Under the pieces are notes generated by a model. That model was not told where the DNA came from and did no database searches. It worked only from the letters and a program-made list of their open reading frames with translations. From Bacteroidales bacterium (lineage in GTDB: Bacteria; Bacteroidota; Bacteroidia; Bacteroidales; FEN-979): DNA of 64,000 nt. Every line of letters begins with the position of its first letter. The stretch's first letter is position 1. This document shows, piece after piece, positions 45,483 through 55,237 of the stretch. The DNA is taken from NCBI GenBank assembly GCA_023231065.1, contig JALNWE010000008.1, positions 3,308 to 67,307 on the forward strand, written 5' to 3'. A program made the position numbers and the translations under genes.

Positions 45483-48392
45483 TTAAAAAACTAAGCTCAA
45501 ACCAACCAGTATGGTACGCGATTGAGGGTAGGTGAAGAAGTCGGTCCCCTGGATGATGTTGCTGGAGCCCCCATAATAGTTTACTTCGGGGTCCATCCCG
45601 GTATAATTGGTGAAGGTGTAAAGGTTCTGCACGGTGGCATAAACTTTAGCCGACTTCATACCGACCTTTTTTGCCCATTCTTTCCTGAGGTTATAGCTTA
45701 ATGTAACGTTCTTGACCCTGAGGAAAGAGCCATCTTCGATGAAACGGGATGATTTATAGGAATCTCCGACCTTCGGGAATTGAGTAATATCCCCTGGTTT
45801 TTGCCACCGGCCGATCATCCGTTTCGTCTGGTTGTCTTCTCCGGTACCGGATTCAAGATAGATCAGCGTACCATTGAAGATATCGTTTCCATAGGTGGCT
45901 TGAAGGAAAATGGAGAGTTCGAAATTCTTGTAACTAAAAACATTGGTAAACCCGGCCGTGAAATCGGGGTTTGGATCACCGGTTTTCATACGGTCGGCAG
46001 AGGTGATAATGCCATCGCCATCCAGATCTTCATAAACAAGGTTTCCGGTGGTTGGGTCAACGCCAAGGCAATTATAACCATAAAAAATGCCAATGGGTTG
46101 CCCCACTTCAACGCGGTTCCCGCCCCGGCCCATATCGTCAATGGGCTGATCTTCATACAGGCTGAGCACTTTGTTGCGGTTCATGGCAAAATTGAGGGAA
46201 GAGGTCCATACGAATGCTTTATCGATATTGACAGTATTCAATACGGCCTCGAGTCCTTTGTTCTCGAGCTGCCCGATGTTGGAAGAGATGCTTGTAAAAC
46301 CGGATGAAGAGGGGATAGGCCTTTCAAGGAGGAGGTCTTTGGTATGGTTGTAATAGAGATCAAAATTCAGGTTGATCCTGTTCTTTAGTATGGATATATC
46401 AATGCCAAAGCCTGTTTGTGCTGTCGTTTCCCATTTCAGATCGGGATTGGGTAACTGCGTTGGTGCAATACCGGAGTTGCCTCCGTAATTGTATCCTGCA
46501 CCATAAAGCCCCAGGGAAGCGAAATCGCCGATCCCGTCATTCCCGGTAAGCCCATAACTGACCCTGACCTTGAGTTCATTGATCCATTTGATCTTCTTAA
46601 TAAATGGTTCTTCCGACATACGCCATGCAAAAGAACCTGCCGGGAAATAACCGTAATGGTTATTAGCTCCGAATTTTGAAGAACCATCGGCCCGCGCTGT
46701 CAATGTGAAGATATATTTGAATTTATAATTGTATTTGAATTGTCCGAAGTAAGAATTCATGATCCGGTCGAGGGCTGTCGCAGAGGCAGCACGGATGGTC
46801 CCGGCCGACACCAGATACTGAAGTTCATCATTCGGGAAATTAATACCCTCTATGTAAGTGGTACGGTTGGCATATTTCTCGAAGCTATGGCCGATCAGGA
46901 TATCGATATTGTGTTTTTCTTTGATTTCCTTGATATACTGAAGTACATTGTTGGTAGTGAGGTTACTGGCATAATTCGTTCCTTCGATCCCCAGCCCGTT
47001 GTACTTTTTTCCCTGGCGGGTGGTGGTTGGATCGTAGCTGTGTTCCCTGAGATTATAGATATCAATCCCGAATTTTGAAGTAAAAGTAAATCCGTCCAGG
47101 AACTTATATTCAAGGTAAGCGTTACCCCCGGTGCGGTTGGTGTATGCCATGTTTACCGAATTATTGGCAATGGCAACCGGGTTGGCGTAAAACATGGTCT
47201 CGTCGTAATTTCCGTTGGCGTCATAAACCGGGTAAATGGCAGGGATTGACATAGCATTCGGCAATGGGCCGTTCAAGGTGGCATCGCCTTCGACCCGTGC
47301 GTTTTTCGAATAGGCGATGCTAACGCCTCCTCCGATGGTCAGGTTGGGAAGGATTTTATAGTCCGAATTGATACGTCCGCTGTAACGCTGATAAGATGTC
47401 CCCTTCACGACGCCTCCCTGGTCGTAATAGTTACCGGAGATGAAGAGCCGGTATTTGTCGTTACCGCTGCTCACAGCAATTTCTGTGTTTGCCGTTGGGG
47501 CCGTGACCAGGATTTCACTCATCCAGTCGGTATTGATCCCCTTCACGCTGGTTCCCTTATATGCATTCCATTCATCCGCGTCCATCATGGGGATGATCCT
47601 TTCTTTCGGCAGGGTTTGCCATCCATAGCTGAGGTTTAGCGACACGTCTGTTTTTCCCCGGCTTCCTTTTTTGGTGGTGATCAGGATAACCCCGTTGGAT
47701 GCGCGGGCGCCATACATGGATGTGGCAGAAGCATCTTTCAGGATGGTCATCGATTCGATATCATTAGGGTTGATATCGCTCATGGCATTGATTTCCTGTC
47801 CACTCATGCCTACCTGCGAATACTGGCCTGTAATAGCCGGGATCCCATCGATGACCATCAGGGGTTGGTTACTGGCGTTGATAGAACTACCTCCCCTGAG
47901 TTTAATCATGTTCTGACCACCCGGGGTTCCCGACTGGGTGTTGACTGTAAGACCAGCCGTCTGCCCAAGCAAAACTCCATCGATGGTACGGATCGGGATG
48001 TTTTTAATTTCATCTTCATTAACCAGCTCAATGGCCCCGGATATCAGTTTTTTACTGGTGGTACTGTATCCGACAACAACCAGTTCACCTAACGCAATGT
48101 CCTGGTCGCTCATTTTAACATTGATCACTTTGTGACCCTTTACCGGAATTTCCTGGGTCTGCATTCCGACATAGGAAAAAACCAATACTCCATTGGTTGG
48201 CGCCATGAGAGCGTATTTTCCATTGATATCAGAAGTAGTTCCCTGTGTGGTTCCCTTGATCAATACTGTGACTCCCGGAACCGGTGAATTGTCTTCAGCC
48301 GAAATAATCGTTCCGCTGACAGAGATGTCCTGGGCGATCAGGTTTTGGAAAAGCACACTAAACAATAATAGCAAATAGTACTTTTTTTTCAT
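45483..48392 (-). CDS. susC: SusC/RagA-family TonB-dependent outer-membrane transporter
   Basis: 969 aa with a signal peptide and a carboxypeptidase-regulatory-like N-domain (VSGTIISAEDNSPVPGVTVLIKGTTQGTTSDINGKYAL). The TonB-box/plug region reads LGELVVVGYS...IDGVLLGQTAGL, and the C-terminal barrel ends in ...LVGLSLVF. Confidence 0.93.
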   Translation of the reverse strand: MKKKYYLLLLFSVLFQNLIAQDISVSGTIISAEDNSPVPGVTVLIKGTTQGTTSDINGKYALMAPTNGVLVFSYVGMQTQEIPVKGHKVINVKMSDQDIALGELVVVGYSTTSKKLISGAIELVNEDEIKNIPIRTIDGVLLGQTAGLTVNTQSGTPGGQNMIKLRGGSSINASNQPLMVIDGIPAITGQYSQVGMSGQEINAMSDINPNDIESMTILKDASATSMYGARASNGVILITTKKGSRGKTDVSLNLSYGWQTLPKERIIPMMDADEWNAYKGTSVKGINTDWMSEILVTAPTANTEIAVSSGNDKYRLFISGNYYDQGGVVKGTSYQRYSGRINSDYKILPNLTIGGGVSIAYSKNARVEGDATLNGPLPNAMSIPAIYPVYDANGNYDETMFYANPVAIANNSVNMAYTNRTGGNAYLEYKFLDGFTFTSKFGIDIYNLREHSYDPTTTRQGKKYNGLGIEGTNYASNLTTNNVLQYIKEIKEKHNIDILIGHSFEKYANRTTYIEGINFPNDELQYLVSAGTIRAASATALDRIMNSYFGQFKYNYKFKYIFTLTARADGSSKFGANNHYGYFPAGSFAWRMSEEPFIKKIKWINELKVRVSYGLTGNDGIGDFASLGLYGAGYNYGGNSGIAPTQLPNPDLKWETTAQTGFGIDISILKNRINLNFDLYYNHTKDLLLERPIPSSSGFTSISSNIGQLENKGLEAVLNTVNIDKAFVWTSSLNFAMNRNKVLSLYEDQPIDDMGRGGNRVEVGQPIGIFYGYNCLGVDPTTGNLVYEDLDGDGIITSADRMKTGDPNPDFTAGFTNVFSYKNFELSIFLQATYGNDIFNGTLIYLESGTGEDNQTKRMIGRWQKPGDITQFPKVGDSYKSSRFIEDGSFLRVKNVTLSYNLRKEWAKKVGMKSAKVYATVQNLYTFTNYTGMDPEVNYYGGSSNIIQGTDFFTYPQSRTILVGLSLVF

Positions 48393-48407
48393 AAGGTTTA
48401 GCTTTGG

Positions 48408-49691
48408 TTAGTATGTATTATTCATTGGCGTTATTGAAACATGAACGGGGATTATGTCCATCAGAAGGTTGGTCACGGTGTAACGATCGCCCTGATCTTT
48501 ATTTTCATGATAAAACACTTCATAGTCCCCGGATTTGCGGAGCATTACCTGAAATCCCGCGCCGGGACTGGTAAAAGTGATATTCTGAACGGTATCGGTG
48601 GCTTTGTTATCAGCCAGGTCAGCGGTGATAAGTTCGCGGAAAGTATCCTGGCCCCCGCTTAAAATCCCGGTTTGGCCGGAATAATTTTTATCATGATGTT
48701 CTTTTCCTTTAACAGATTGTTTTCCTTCGGCAGGAGTAACAATTCCGGTAGCAACATCATAACTGTCGCCTTCTTCAAGATAACTTAATGAAAGGTTCCT
48801 GATCATGGGCATATTCTGGATCCGGGAAACCGATGCGTTGGAAACATTCAGGATGATAACTCCCGAAACGCCTGCGATGCTGATCCTGTTTTGTTTACCA
48901 TGATAGATAAGCGCGGTGTTTTCATCAATACCAAAGCCCAGGTTCCCTTTACTTTTTTCATTCATCAGGGTTACGGCCAGCCGTCCGATCCTTGCTCTTA
49001 CCAGAAAGTGCTGATCAACAATTCCGGCAGGGAAAAAACCAATACCTTTTGTGATCAGGACACCCTGGTCTTCGGGAAAATCATCCCCTGCATAATCCCT
49101 GATAACCCCATGGCCCAAAGCGGCCAGGCTGGTCCCGCCCCCGATCATTACTTCACTCATGATAGCCGCACCGGCGCTGGTGCCACCGATTACGCCCCCT
49201 GAACGATATACATCCCACACCGCTTGCAGGACTGGAGTCTGGCCGCCGTCGGGAAGGGTGAGCGTTTTCATGGTCCTCGCCTGGTCCCCGCCTGTAAACC
49301 AAACCGCGGAGCAACCCCTGACGATATCTGCAAGGTTAGGGTCATTCCCGTTATTTTTCCATTCCGATTCATTGATGTCGAGGGTGCTGTCATCATCCAT
49401 CACAGCGATAGGGACCAGATGGATGTTTGCCGGTTTGACGCCATAGGAAATCAGGATGTTCCTGAAATACACGAACGACTGCATGGGGGCCCCACCGGCT
49501 GACGGGATCACGGCAAAGGTGGCTTTTTCCTTTCCCCCGGCAAAGGTGATGAGTTGTTCAAAAACACTTCTGTTGTTGGCTTCAAGGCCTCCTCCTACAA
49601 TCACAAGGTTCCCCTGGGCCAGGGCCTGGCAAAGGGATCCGACAGACAACAGGAACGCGGATAAAAATGATAACAATCGGGAATTAAGCAT
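48408..49691 (-). CDS. cphE: Secreted cyanophycinase (peptidase S51) with ~130-aa C-terminal extension
   Basis: 427 aa with a signal peptide (LLSVGSLCQALAQG). It shows recalled CphB/CphE landmarks: LVIVGGGLE, WFTGGDQ, catalytic-Ser motif GGTSAGAAIMS, VDQHFLVRARIGRL and GFGIDENTALI. It lies 15 nt upstream of susC on the same strand. Confidence 0.9.
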   Translation of the reverse strand: MLNSRLLSFLSAFLLSVGSLCQALAQGNLVIVGGGLEANNRSVFEQLITFAGGKEKATFAVIPSAGGAPMQSFVYFRNILISYGVKPANIHLVPIAVMDDDSTLDINESEWKNNGNDPNLADIVRGCSAVWFTGGDQARTMKTLTLPDGGQTPVLQAVWDVYRSGGVIGGTSAGAAIMSEVMIGGGTSLAALGHGVIRDYAGDDFPEDQGVLITKGIGFFPAGIVDQHFLVRARIGRLAVTLMNEKSKGNLGFGIDENTALIYHGKQNRISIAGVSGVIILNVSNASVSRIQNMPMIRNLSLSYLEEGDSYDVATGIVTPAEGKQSVKGKEHHDKNYSGQTGILSGGQDTFRELITADLADNKATDTVQNITFTSPGAGFQVMLRKSGDYEVFYHENKDQGDRYTVTNLLMDIIPVHVSITPMNNTY

Positions 49692-49793
49692 TTAAAGGAG
49701 AGCATTACCAGACAACGAAAATAAAAAATTATATATTAGGAAAAATGCCTCAATTACAATTTTTTCTCAACTTTGCTGATCAAACATGAAAAG

Positions 49794-50921
49794 ATGTTCA
49801 CACTTTTTAAAAACGCGCAGGTTTACACCCCGGATTATTCCGGAAAAAACGATGTTCTTACTGGGGGAAAAACCATTCTTGCAATCGGGGACCATATTGA
49901 GCCTCCTTTTGGAATAAAAGTAAATGTCATTGATTGCAAAGGGCTTTCACTTGTTCCCGGGCTCATCGACAGCCATGTTCATATTACCGGTGGCGGAGGG
50001 GAAGGCGGGCCTGCCAGCAGGATGCCCGAACTCCAGCTAAGCATGATGGTAGAGGGAGGCGTAACCACCGTGATAGGTTGCCTCGGTACCGACGGGATCA
50101 CGCGGAGTGTTGAAAGCGTGCTGATGAAGGTAAAAACCTTGCGCGCCCTGGGTGTCTCTGCCTGGATGTACACGGGAGCATACCAGGTCCCCACGCCTAC
50201 GATCACGGGTGATATCGCGAAAGACATCACCCTGTTTGAAGAAATCATAGGGGTTGGAGAGGTGGCGATTTCCGACCACCGTTCATCAGTCCCTTCTGTT
50301 GCCGAACTCACGCGGATCACAGCGCATGCCCGTGTGGCCGGAATGATCGGCGGAAAAGCAGGAATTATTAATATGCACATGGGAGACGCCAAAGATCCTT
50401 TCAGGCCGCTTCATGATGTGGTTGCCAACAGTGAGATGGGCTACAGACAGTTTATCCCGACCCATTGCAACAGAAATCATTATATTTTTGAAGATGCCAA
50501 AGAATATGGCAAAATGGGATTTGTCGATATCACAACCAGCTCTTATCCTTATGATCCGGATGAAGAGATAAAACCATCCATTGCACTGAAGCAACTTCTC
50601 GAAGCAGGCGTCCCGGCAGATCATATCACCTTTACTTCCGACGGATGTGGTTCACTTCCCTGTTTTGACCGTGAAGGGAGACTGATTAAAATTGACATGG
50701 GGCTTCCCTCTTCCATCTTACGGGAGATCAAGGAATCCGTATTGATTGAAAAAATCCCCTTAGGTACCGCGTTGAAAGTAGCGACATCAAACCCTGCAGG
50801 GATCCTTAAGCTACCGGGTAAAGGACAAATCAGGGAAGGATATGATGCCGATGTGCTGGTCCTCGATGAAAATTTCAACATCATTCACCTGATGGCCATG
50901 GGAAAGATCATGACTTTATGA
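49794..50921 (+). CDS. iadA: Isoaspartyl (beta-aspartyl) dipeptidase
   Basis: About 375 aa from ATG 49794. It is collinear with recalled E. coli IadA: GLIDSHVHITGGGGEGGPASRMPE, GVSAWMYTGAYQVPT.TITG, AISDHRSS, HMGD, PTHCNRN, FTSDG and DADVLVLD. It is divergent from cphE across about 100 nt. Confidence 0.92.
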   Translation: MFTLFKNAQVYTPDYSGKNDVLTGGKTILAIGDHIEPPFGIKVNVIDCKGLSLVPGLIDSHVHITGGGGEGGPASRMPELQLSMMVEGGVTTVIGCLGTDGITRSVESVLMKVKTLRALGVSAWMYTGAYQVPTPTITGDIAKDITLFEEIIGVGEVAISDHRSSVPSVAELTRITAHARVAGMIGGKAGIINMHMGDAKDPFRPLHDVVANSEMGYRQFIPTHCNRNHYIFEDAKEYGKMGFVDITTSSYPYDPDEEIKPSIALKQLLEAGVPADHITFTSDGCGSLPCFDREGRLIKIDMGLPSSILREIKESVLIEKIPLGTALKVATSNPAGILKLPGKGQIREGYDADVLVLDENFNIIHLMAMGKIMTL

Positions 50922-52483
50922 GAAAATTCTTCACCGCCATCCTTTTGCTGTGGTTATCATGGATAACCCTTCCGGCGCAAACCATATCCCCTGCAGTAGC
51001 GTCTCCTTCACAAAACAATTTTACCGCGATAATCTCTTTCCTGTCTTCCGACTGGATGGAAGGACGCGAAGCGGCCTCCAGGGGAGGTTTCATGGCGGCA
51101 GATTATATTGCATCCATGATGCAGGTGAATGGCCTGGCTCCTTACGGTGATGGATCCATTCAACCGCGATCTTCGTTATCTGGCGCGCAGAGCTATTTTC
51201 AGAATTTCGAACTGGTCCGGACACAGGTTCAGAAAGCCTCCCTGGCAGTGGTCCGGCCTTTCACGGAAGGAGAATCTACCCTTCAGTTCAACTTGGGAAC
51301 TGACTTTGAAATCACCCCTGTCCTTTTTGGCGGGGAAGCCGAAGCAACAGTCGTGTTTGCAGGCTATGGCATTGAAGCTCCCGGTAAGGGATATAATGAT
51401 TACCAGGGAACCGATGTCAATGACCGGATTGTCATAGTGATAAGCGGATATCCCGGTCATGCCGACACGACTTCTCCTGCCGGTAAAAAGCTTCGAAAGA
51501 CTTTCGGGGAAACCTATTCCTCGCTTGAAAAGAAACTCCGTGTTGCAGAAAAGCATGGCGCAATAGCGGTGATCGTAGTGAATGTTGCCATGAATACCCC
51601 CAAACCGACAGGACCTGACTACGAGGATCCCGAATACTTTTTACCCGGCGACACCAGTACAGTGAACATTCCTTGTTTCAGGCTGAGTCATGATGCTACC
51701 CGGTTGCTTTTCAAAGGGACTGAAATTGATCTGACAGGCTTTGAAAAAAACGTTGCCCGTGATCTGGTACCTGCCTCCCGTGTGGTCCACGGGAAAAAAC
51801 TCAGGTTTTCGGTGGCTGTTAAATCAGAAAACGTAATGGTGCGAAATGTCCTGGGAGTGATCCCGGGAAGCGATACTACCAGAAATCTTATTGTAGGCGC
51901 TCATTATGACCACCTGGGTATGAGAAAAGCGTTGATTTATAACGGGGCAGATGACAATGCTTCGGGTGTTGCCGGAATGCTTGCCTTATCAAAAGCATGG
52001 GCTGCCTACCCTGAAAAACCTTCCTGCAATATCATCTTTGCAGCCTGGACTGCAGAGGAAAAAGGGATTTTGGGAAGTACCTATTTTGCAATTCATTCCC
52101 CGATCGTTCCGGAACGGTTATCGCTGGTAATCAATATGGATATGATCTCGCGGAGCGCCCCTGAAGATTCTACAGGGAAGCAGATCAGCATCGGGACATT
52201 ACCTGTCAATGAAGATCTGAGGAAAATGGCAAAAACGATCAATTCGCACCAGAAGTGTCCCTTTTTACTTGATCTCTGGGATGTGACGGGTCATTCAGGA
52301 AGTGATTATGGTTCTTTTGCAGCCCGAAAGATCCCGGTCATGACCTTCTTCTCTGGATTTCATGATGATTATCATTCTCCACGGGATATAGCGGCTAAGA
52401 CAAATCCTGTAAAAATGGAAGCGATCCTGAAAATCGTCAATGAATGTATCCGGGAAGCATCAGTGAACCCTCCGGTAAAATAA
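50918..52483 (+). CDS. Secreted M28-family aminopeptidase with PA (protease-associated) insert
   Basis: 521 aa with a signal peptide. Zn-ligand contexts are VGAHYDHLG, GADDNASGVAGMLAL, FAAWTAEEKGILGS, NMDMIS and HDDYHSPRD. Its ATG overlaps the iadA stop (ATGA). Confidence 0.88.
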   Translation: MRKFFTAILLLWLSWITLPAQTISPAVASPSQNNFTAIISFLSSDWMEGREAASRGGFMAADYIASMMQVNGLAPYGDGSIQPRSSLSGAQSYFQNFELVRTQVQKASLAVVRPFTEGESTLQFNLGTDFEITPVLFGGEAEATVVFAGYGIEAPGKGYNDYQGTDVNDRIVIVISGYPGHADTTSPAGKKLRKTFGETYSSLEKKLRVAEKHGAIAVIVVNVAMNTPKPTGPDYEDPEYFLPGDTSTVNIPCFRLSHDATRLLFKGTEIDLTGFEKNVARDLVPASRVVHGKKLRFSVAVKSENVMVRNVLGVIPGSDTTRNLIVGAHYDHLGMRKALIYNGADDNASGVAGMLALSKAWAAYPEKPSCNIIFAAWTAEEKGILGSTYFAIHSPIVPERLSLVINMDMISRSAPEDSTGKQISIGTLPVNEDLRKMAKTINSHQKCPFLLDLWDVTGHSGSDYGSFAARKIPVMTFFSGFHDDYHSPRDIAAKTNPVKMEAILKIVNECIREASVNPPVK

Positions 52484-52522
52484 ATTCAGATTTCTTAGAT
52501 GTCTTTTCAGGTTTTATGATGA

Positions 52523-53635
52523 TTACCAGATCTTTTGAGCAACGCTTCGCACCGTTACGTTGTCGAGCATCCGCATATTCACTTCAACACCAATTCCCGG
52601 CCTGGTAGGAACATCCATGGTGCCATCCGGGTTGACCACAAATTCCGGGTCCACGATATCCACCTTATAATACCTTTTGCTGGCAGAGATATCTCCAGGG
52701 AGGGTGAAATTGGGAAGGGAAGCCAGGGCAATATTACCGGCCCGGCCGATCCCTGATTCCAGCATTCCGCCATGCCAGACCGGAATATTCATGCTGGCGC
52801 AGTAATCGTGGATCAGTTTTGATTCGGTATAGCCCCCGACGCGCCCGGGTTTGATGTTGATGATCCGGCAGCTGTCGAGTTCGATAGCAGCCCGCGTATC
52901 ATCAAGGGAATGGATACTTTCATCCAGGCAAATCGGGGTCTTCAATTCCCGTTGCATTTTTGAATGATCGTAAATATCTTCATATCCTAATGGCTGTTCA
53001 ATCAGCGACAGTCCGTAATGGTCCATCTTTTTGAAAAGATCAATATCTTTCAGGGTGTATGCTGAATTGGCATCCACCTGCAACATCAGATCGGGGAATT
53101 TCTTCCGGAGCGCTTCAATAAACTGCATATCAAGGCCCGGGGCGATCTTTATCTTGATCCGTTTATATCCCTCGGCTAAATATCCTTCGACTTTTTTAAT
53201 CAGTGCAGGTACCGACTCCTGGATGCCAATGCTCACCCCAACATCTATCTTTTTACGGGTTCCGCCTAACATTTGTGACAGTGAAATGCCCTTACTTTTA
53301 GCGAAGGCATCCCACAAAGCGGCTTCGAGACCGGCTTTTGCCATCATGTGCCCACGGACTTTTGCATAGCCGGCAATGGCTTCATCCACACTTTGGAGAT
53401 CTTTTCCAAGGACAGAGGGCATTAAAAAATCCGTCAGGATGTGCCATGCAGTTGGTACCGTTTCATACGAATAAAACGGGGTTCCTTCGGCCACACTTTC
53501 GCCCCATCCGGTAACCCCTTCTGCATCGACTTTGACAATGATGTGCTCTTCATCATATTCGGTTCCCATGGATGTCACAAAAGGGCTAACCAGGACCAGT
53601 TTAACATGGCGGAGTTCAATTCTTTCTATACGCAT
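52523..53635 (-). CDS. Enolase-superfamily enzyme of the N-succinylamino-acid racemase / o-succinylbenzoate synthase (NSAR/OSBS) subgroup
   Basis: 370 aa, near-collinear with recalled Amycolatopsis NAAAR. Shared blocks are YKRIKIKIAPG (KxK), LQVDANSAYT, LIEQPL, ICLDES, INIKPGRVGG and LASLPNFTLPGDISAS.RYY. Confidence 0.87.
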   Translation of the reverse strand: MRIERIELRHVKLVLVSPFVTSMGTEYDEEHIIVKVDAEGVTGWGESVAEGTPFYSYETVPTAWHILTDFLMPSVLGKDLQSVDEAIAGYAKVRGHMMAKAGLEAALWDAFAKSKGISLSQMLGGTRKKIDVGVSIGIQESVPALIKKVEGYLAEGYKRIKIKIAPGLDMQFIEALRKKFPDLMLQVDANSAYTLKDIDLFKKMDHYGLSLIEQPLGYEDIYDHSKMQRELKTPICLDESIHSLDDTRAAIELDSCRIINIKPGRVGGYTESKLIHDYCASMNIPVWHGGMLESGIGRAGNIALASLPNFTLPGDISASKRYYKVDIVDPEFVVNPDGTMDVPTRPGIGVEVNMRMLDNVTVRSVAQKIW

Positions 53636-53675
53636 ATCGTATTTATATTTAATTAGTTAGATAATAAATTGTGAA

Positions 53676-55184
53676 TTATTTTTTCACAACAAATAAAACA
53701 GGATAAGGTTGACCATTCTGTAAAAAGTTGGCATACTTTTTATAGGTGGCCAATCCCAGCATAGACTTTGGTTCCAGGGCCAGAACCACCAGGTTCCCTT
53801 TCAGTTGTGCAGTTGGAATGAATAAAAATTCTGAAGGAGGGGCAGGAAGCTCTTTTAATTCATTTACTGTGATATCCGGATCTACTATTTTATCTCCCTC
53901 AAAATCAATGGAATCGATAGAAGAGATCCGGTATTGTCCGATGTGGCCCCCTTTTTCGATTTTCAGCGGGATCTGTTCAAGTGCATGCCGGCCGGCCCAT
54001 TCCACCAACAAGGTACAATCTTTAGGGATCAGGTATCCAACCGGTTTCGGAACATCATACAAGGTTTTTACCACCGGACGATAATCCCTGACTGTAACAA
54101 GTGTGTCTTTTCCGGAGTAATATGAAAACAACGGAATATCGAGTGACTGGCCGTTTGCAACATGTATTGACTGAATGGAAATATTCTGACCGGGGAGAGG
54201 GGAAGTCAGTATTTTTCTGCTTTCCTCAACCACGTTCTTGATTTTATTTTTATTCAGACAGGTATATTCCAGCAGTCCACGCATCCCGGTCATTTGTCCT
54301 TCGGCCCGGCGCTGAAGGTTCTCAATCGAATCGTCTTTGCCGTTCATCCCTTCCTGAATAAAGGAAAAGGTGTTCTGGATCCCGAAACTCTGACGGCCGT
54401 CATTGATATCGAACGTGCTGTGCCTGATATAGGCAAGTTCCGGCGGCCCGCCAGGACAATAGATAAATGATGAAAAATCCATCTCTTTCAGGTAACTTAA
54501 AATGAAAGGAAGATAGTCTTTGTCAGACAATTTACGGATGCTGTCCGACACATTGATATTGGTCGTGGCGCCCACGGTTATATCAAAATTTTTCCGGTAA
54601 CCATATTTTTCCCACTCTTCGCTGTATGGTGAATATTCGTGAACATCCAGGGTTACCTCAAAGAGATACTTGTCGAAAAATTGATGGAGGGCGATGGTTT
54701 CAGGCTCAGTCAGGATTACGTGGTTGCGGTTCAGGTCAACCCCATTGGCGTTGCGTCTTTTATTCATTTCTGACCCATCCGGGTTTACCTGGGGGACAAG
54801 CGCCAGATCCATTTTTTCAAAAAGGTAACGGTTCTCGGGTTTCAGCAATTCACCGGCAAGCATCAACGCCCCTTCCTTTCCCGATTGTTCATTCCCATGT
54901 TGCTGGGCAAAGATGAACACTTTTATTTTGGATGGATCCTTCCCGAATTCCGAGGTGGAAAACTTCAGGGCATATAGATTTTTTCCTTCCGCGGAATGGC
55001 CGATGACTTCCACTTTTACCAGATCGGACTGCTTCCCAATTTCCTGTATATAGGTAGAAAGTTCCCCGTAAGAAGTTAACTTATTAAAGTTGTTTTTTAT
55101 GGGAGGAGGAAGCGGTGTCTGGGCGGAAACCAATAAAGAGATGATTTGGAAAACAGTTAAAAAAAACAATACAGGTTTCATCAT
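53676..55184 (-). CDS. Secreted M14-family zinc carboxypeptidase
   Basis: 502 aa with a signal peptide. The HxxE zinc motif is FAQQHGNEQSGKE, with DLNRNH and a third-ligand context TLDVHEY. Confidence 0.8.
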   Translation of the reverse strand: MMKPVLFFLTVFQIISLLVSAQTPLPPPIKNNFNKLTSYGELSTYIQEIGKQSDLVKVEVIGHSAEGKNLYALKFSTSEFGKDPSKIKVFIFAQQHGNEQSGKEGALMLAGELLKPENRYLFEKMDLALVPQVNPDGSEMNKRRNANGVDLNRNHVILTEPETIALHQFFDKYLFEVTLDVHEYSPYSEEWEKYGYRKNFDITVGATTNINVSDSIRKLSDKDYLPFILSYLKEMDFSSFIYCPGGPPELAYIRHSTFDINDGRQSFGIQNTFSFIQEGMNGKDDSIENLQRRAEGQMTGMRGLLEYTCLNKNKIKNVVEESRKILTSPLPGQNISIQSIHVANGQSLDIPLFSYYSGKDTLVTVRDYRPVVKTLYDVPKPVGYLIPKDCTLLVEWAGRHALEQIPLKIEKGGHIGQYRISSIDSIDFEGDKIVDPDITVNELKELPAPPSEFLFIPTAQLKGNLVVLALEPKSMLGLATYKKYANFLQNGQPYPVLFVVKK

Positions 55185-55237
55185 AAAGAGTGAGATTTCT
55201 GTAATGAGGGGGACAGAATAGAAACCCGGGCCCTGGT

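Noticed and set aside
52523-53635. Calling the enolase-superfamily gene menC (o-succinylbenzoate synthase)
   Set aside because: No other men genes are nearby, and the neighbours are peptidases. The sequence resembles the promiscuous NSAR/OSBS subgroup, so I left the symbol blank. OSBS activity is not excluded.
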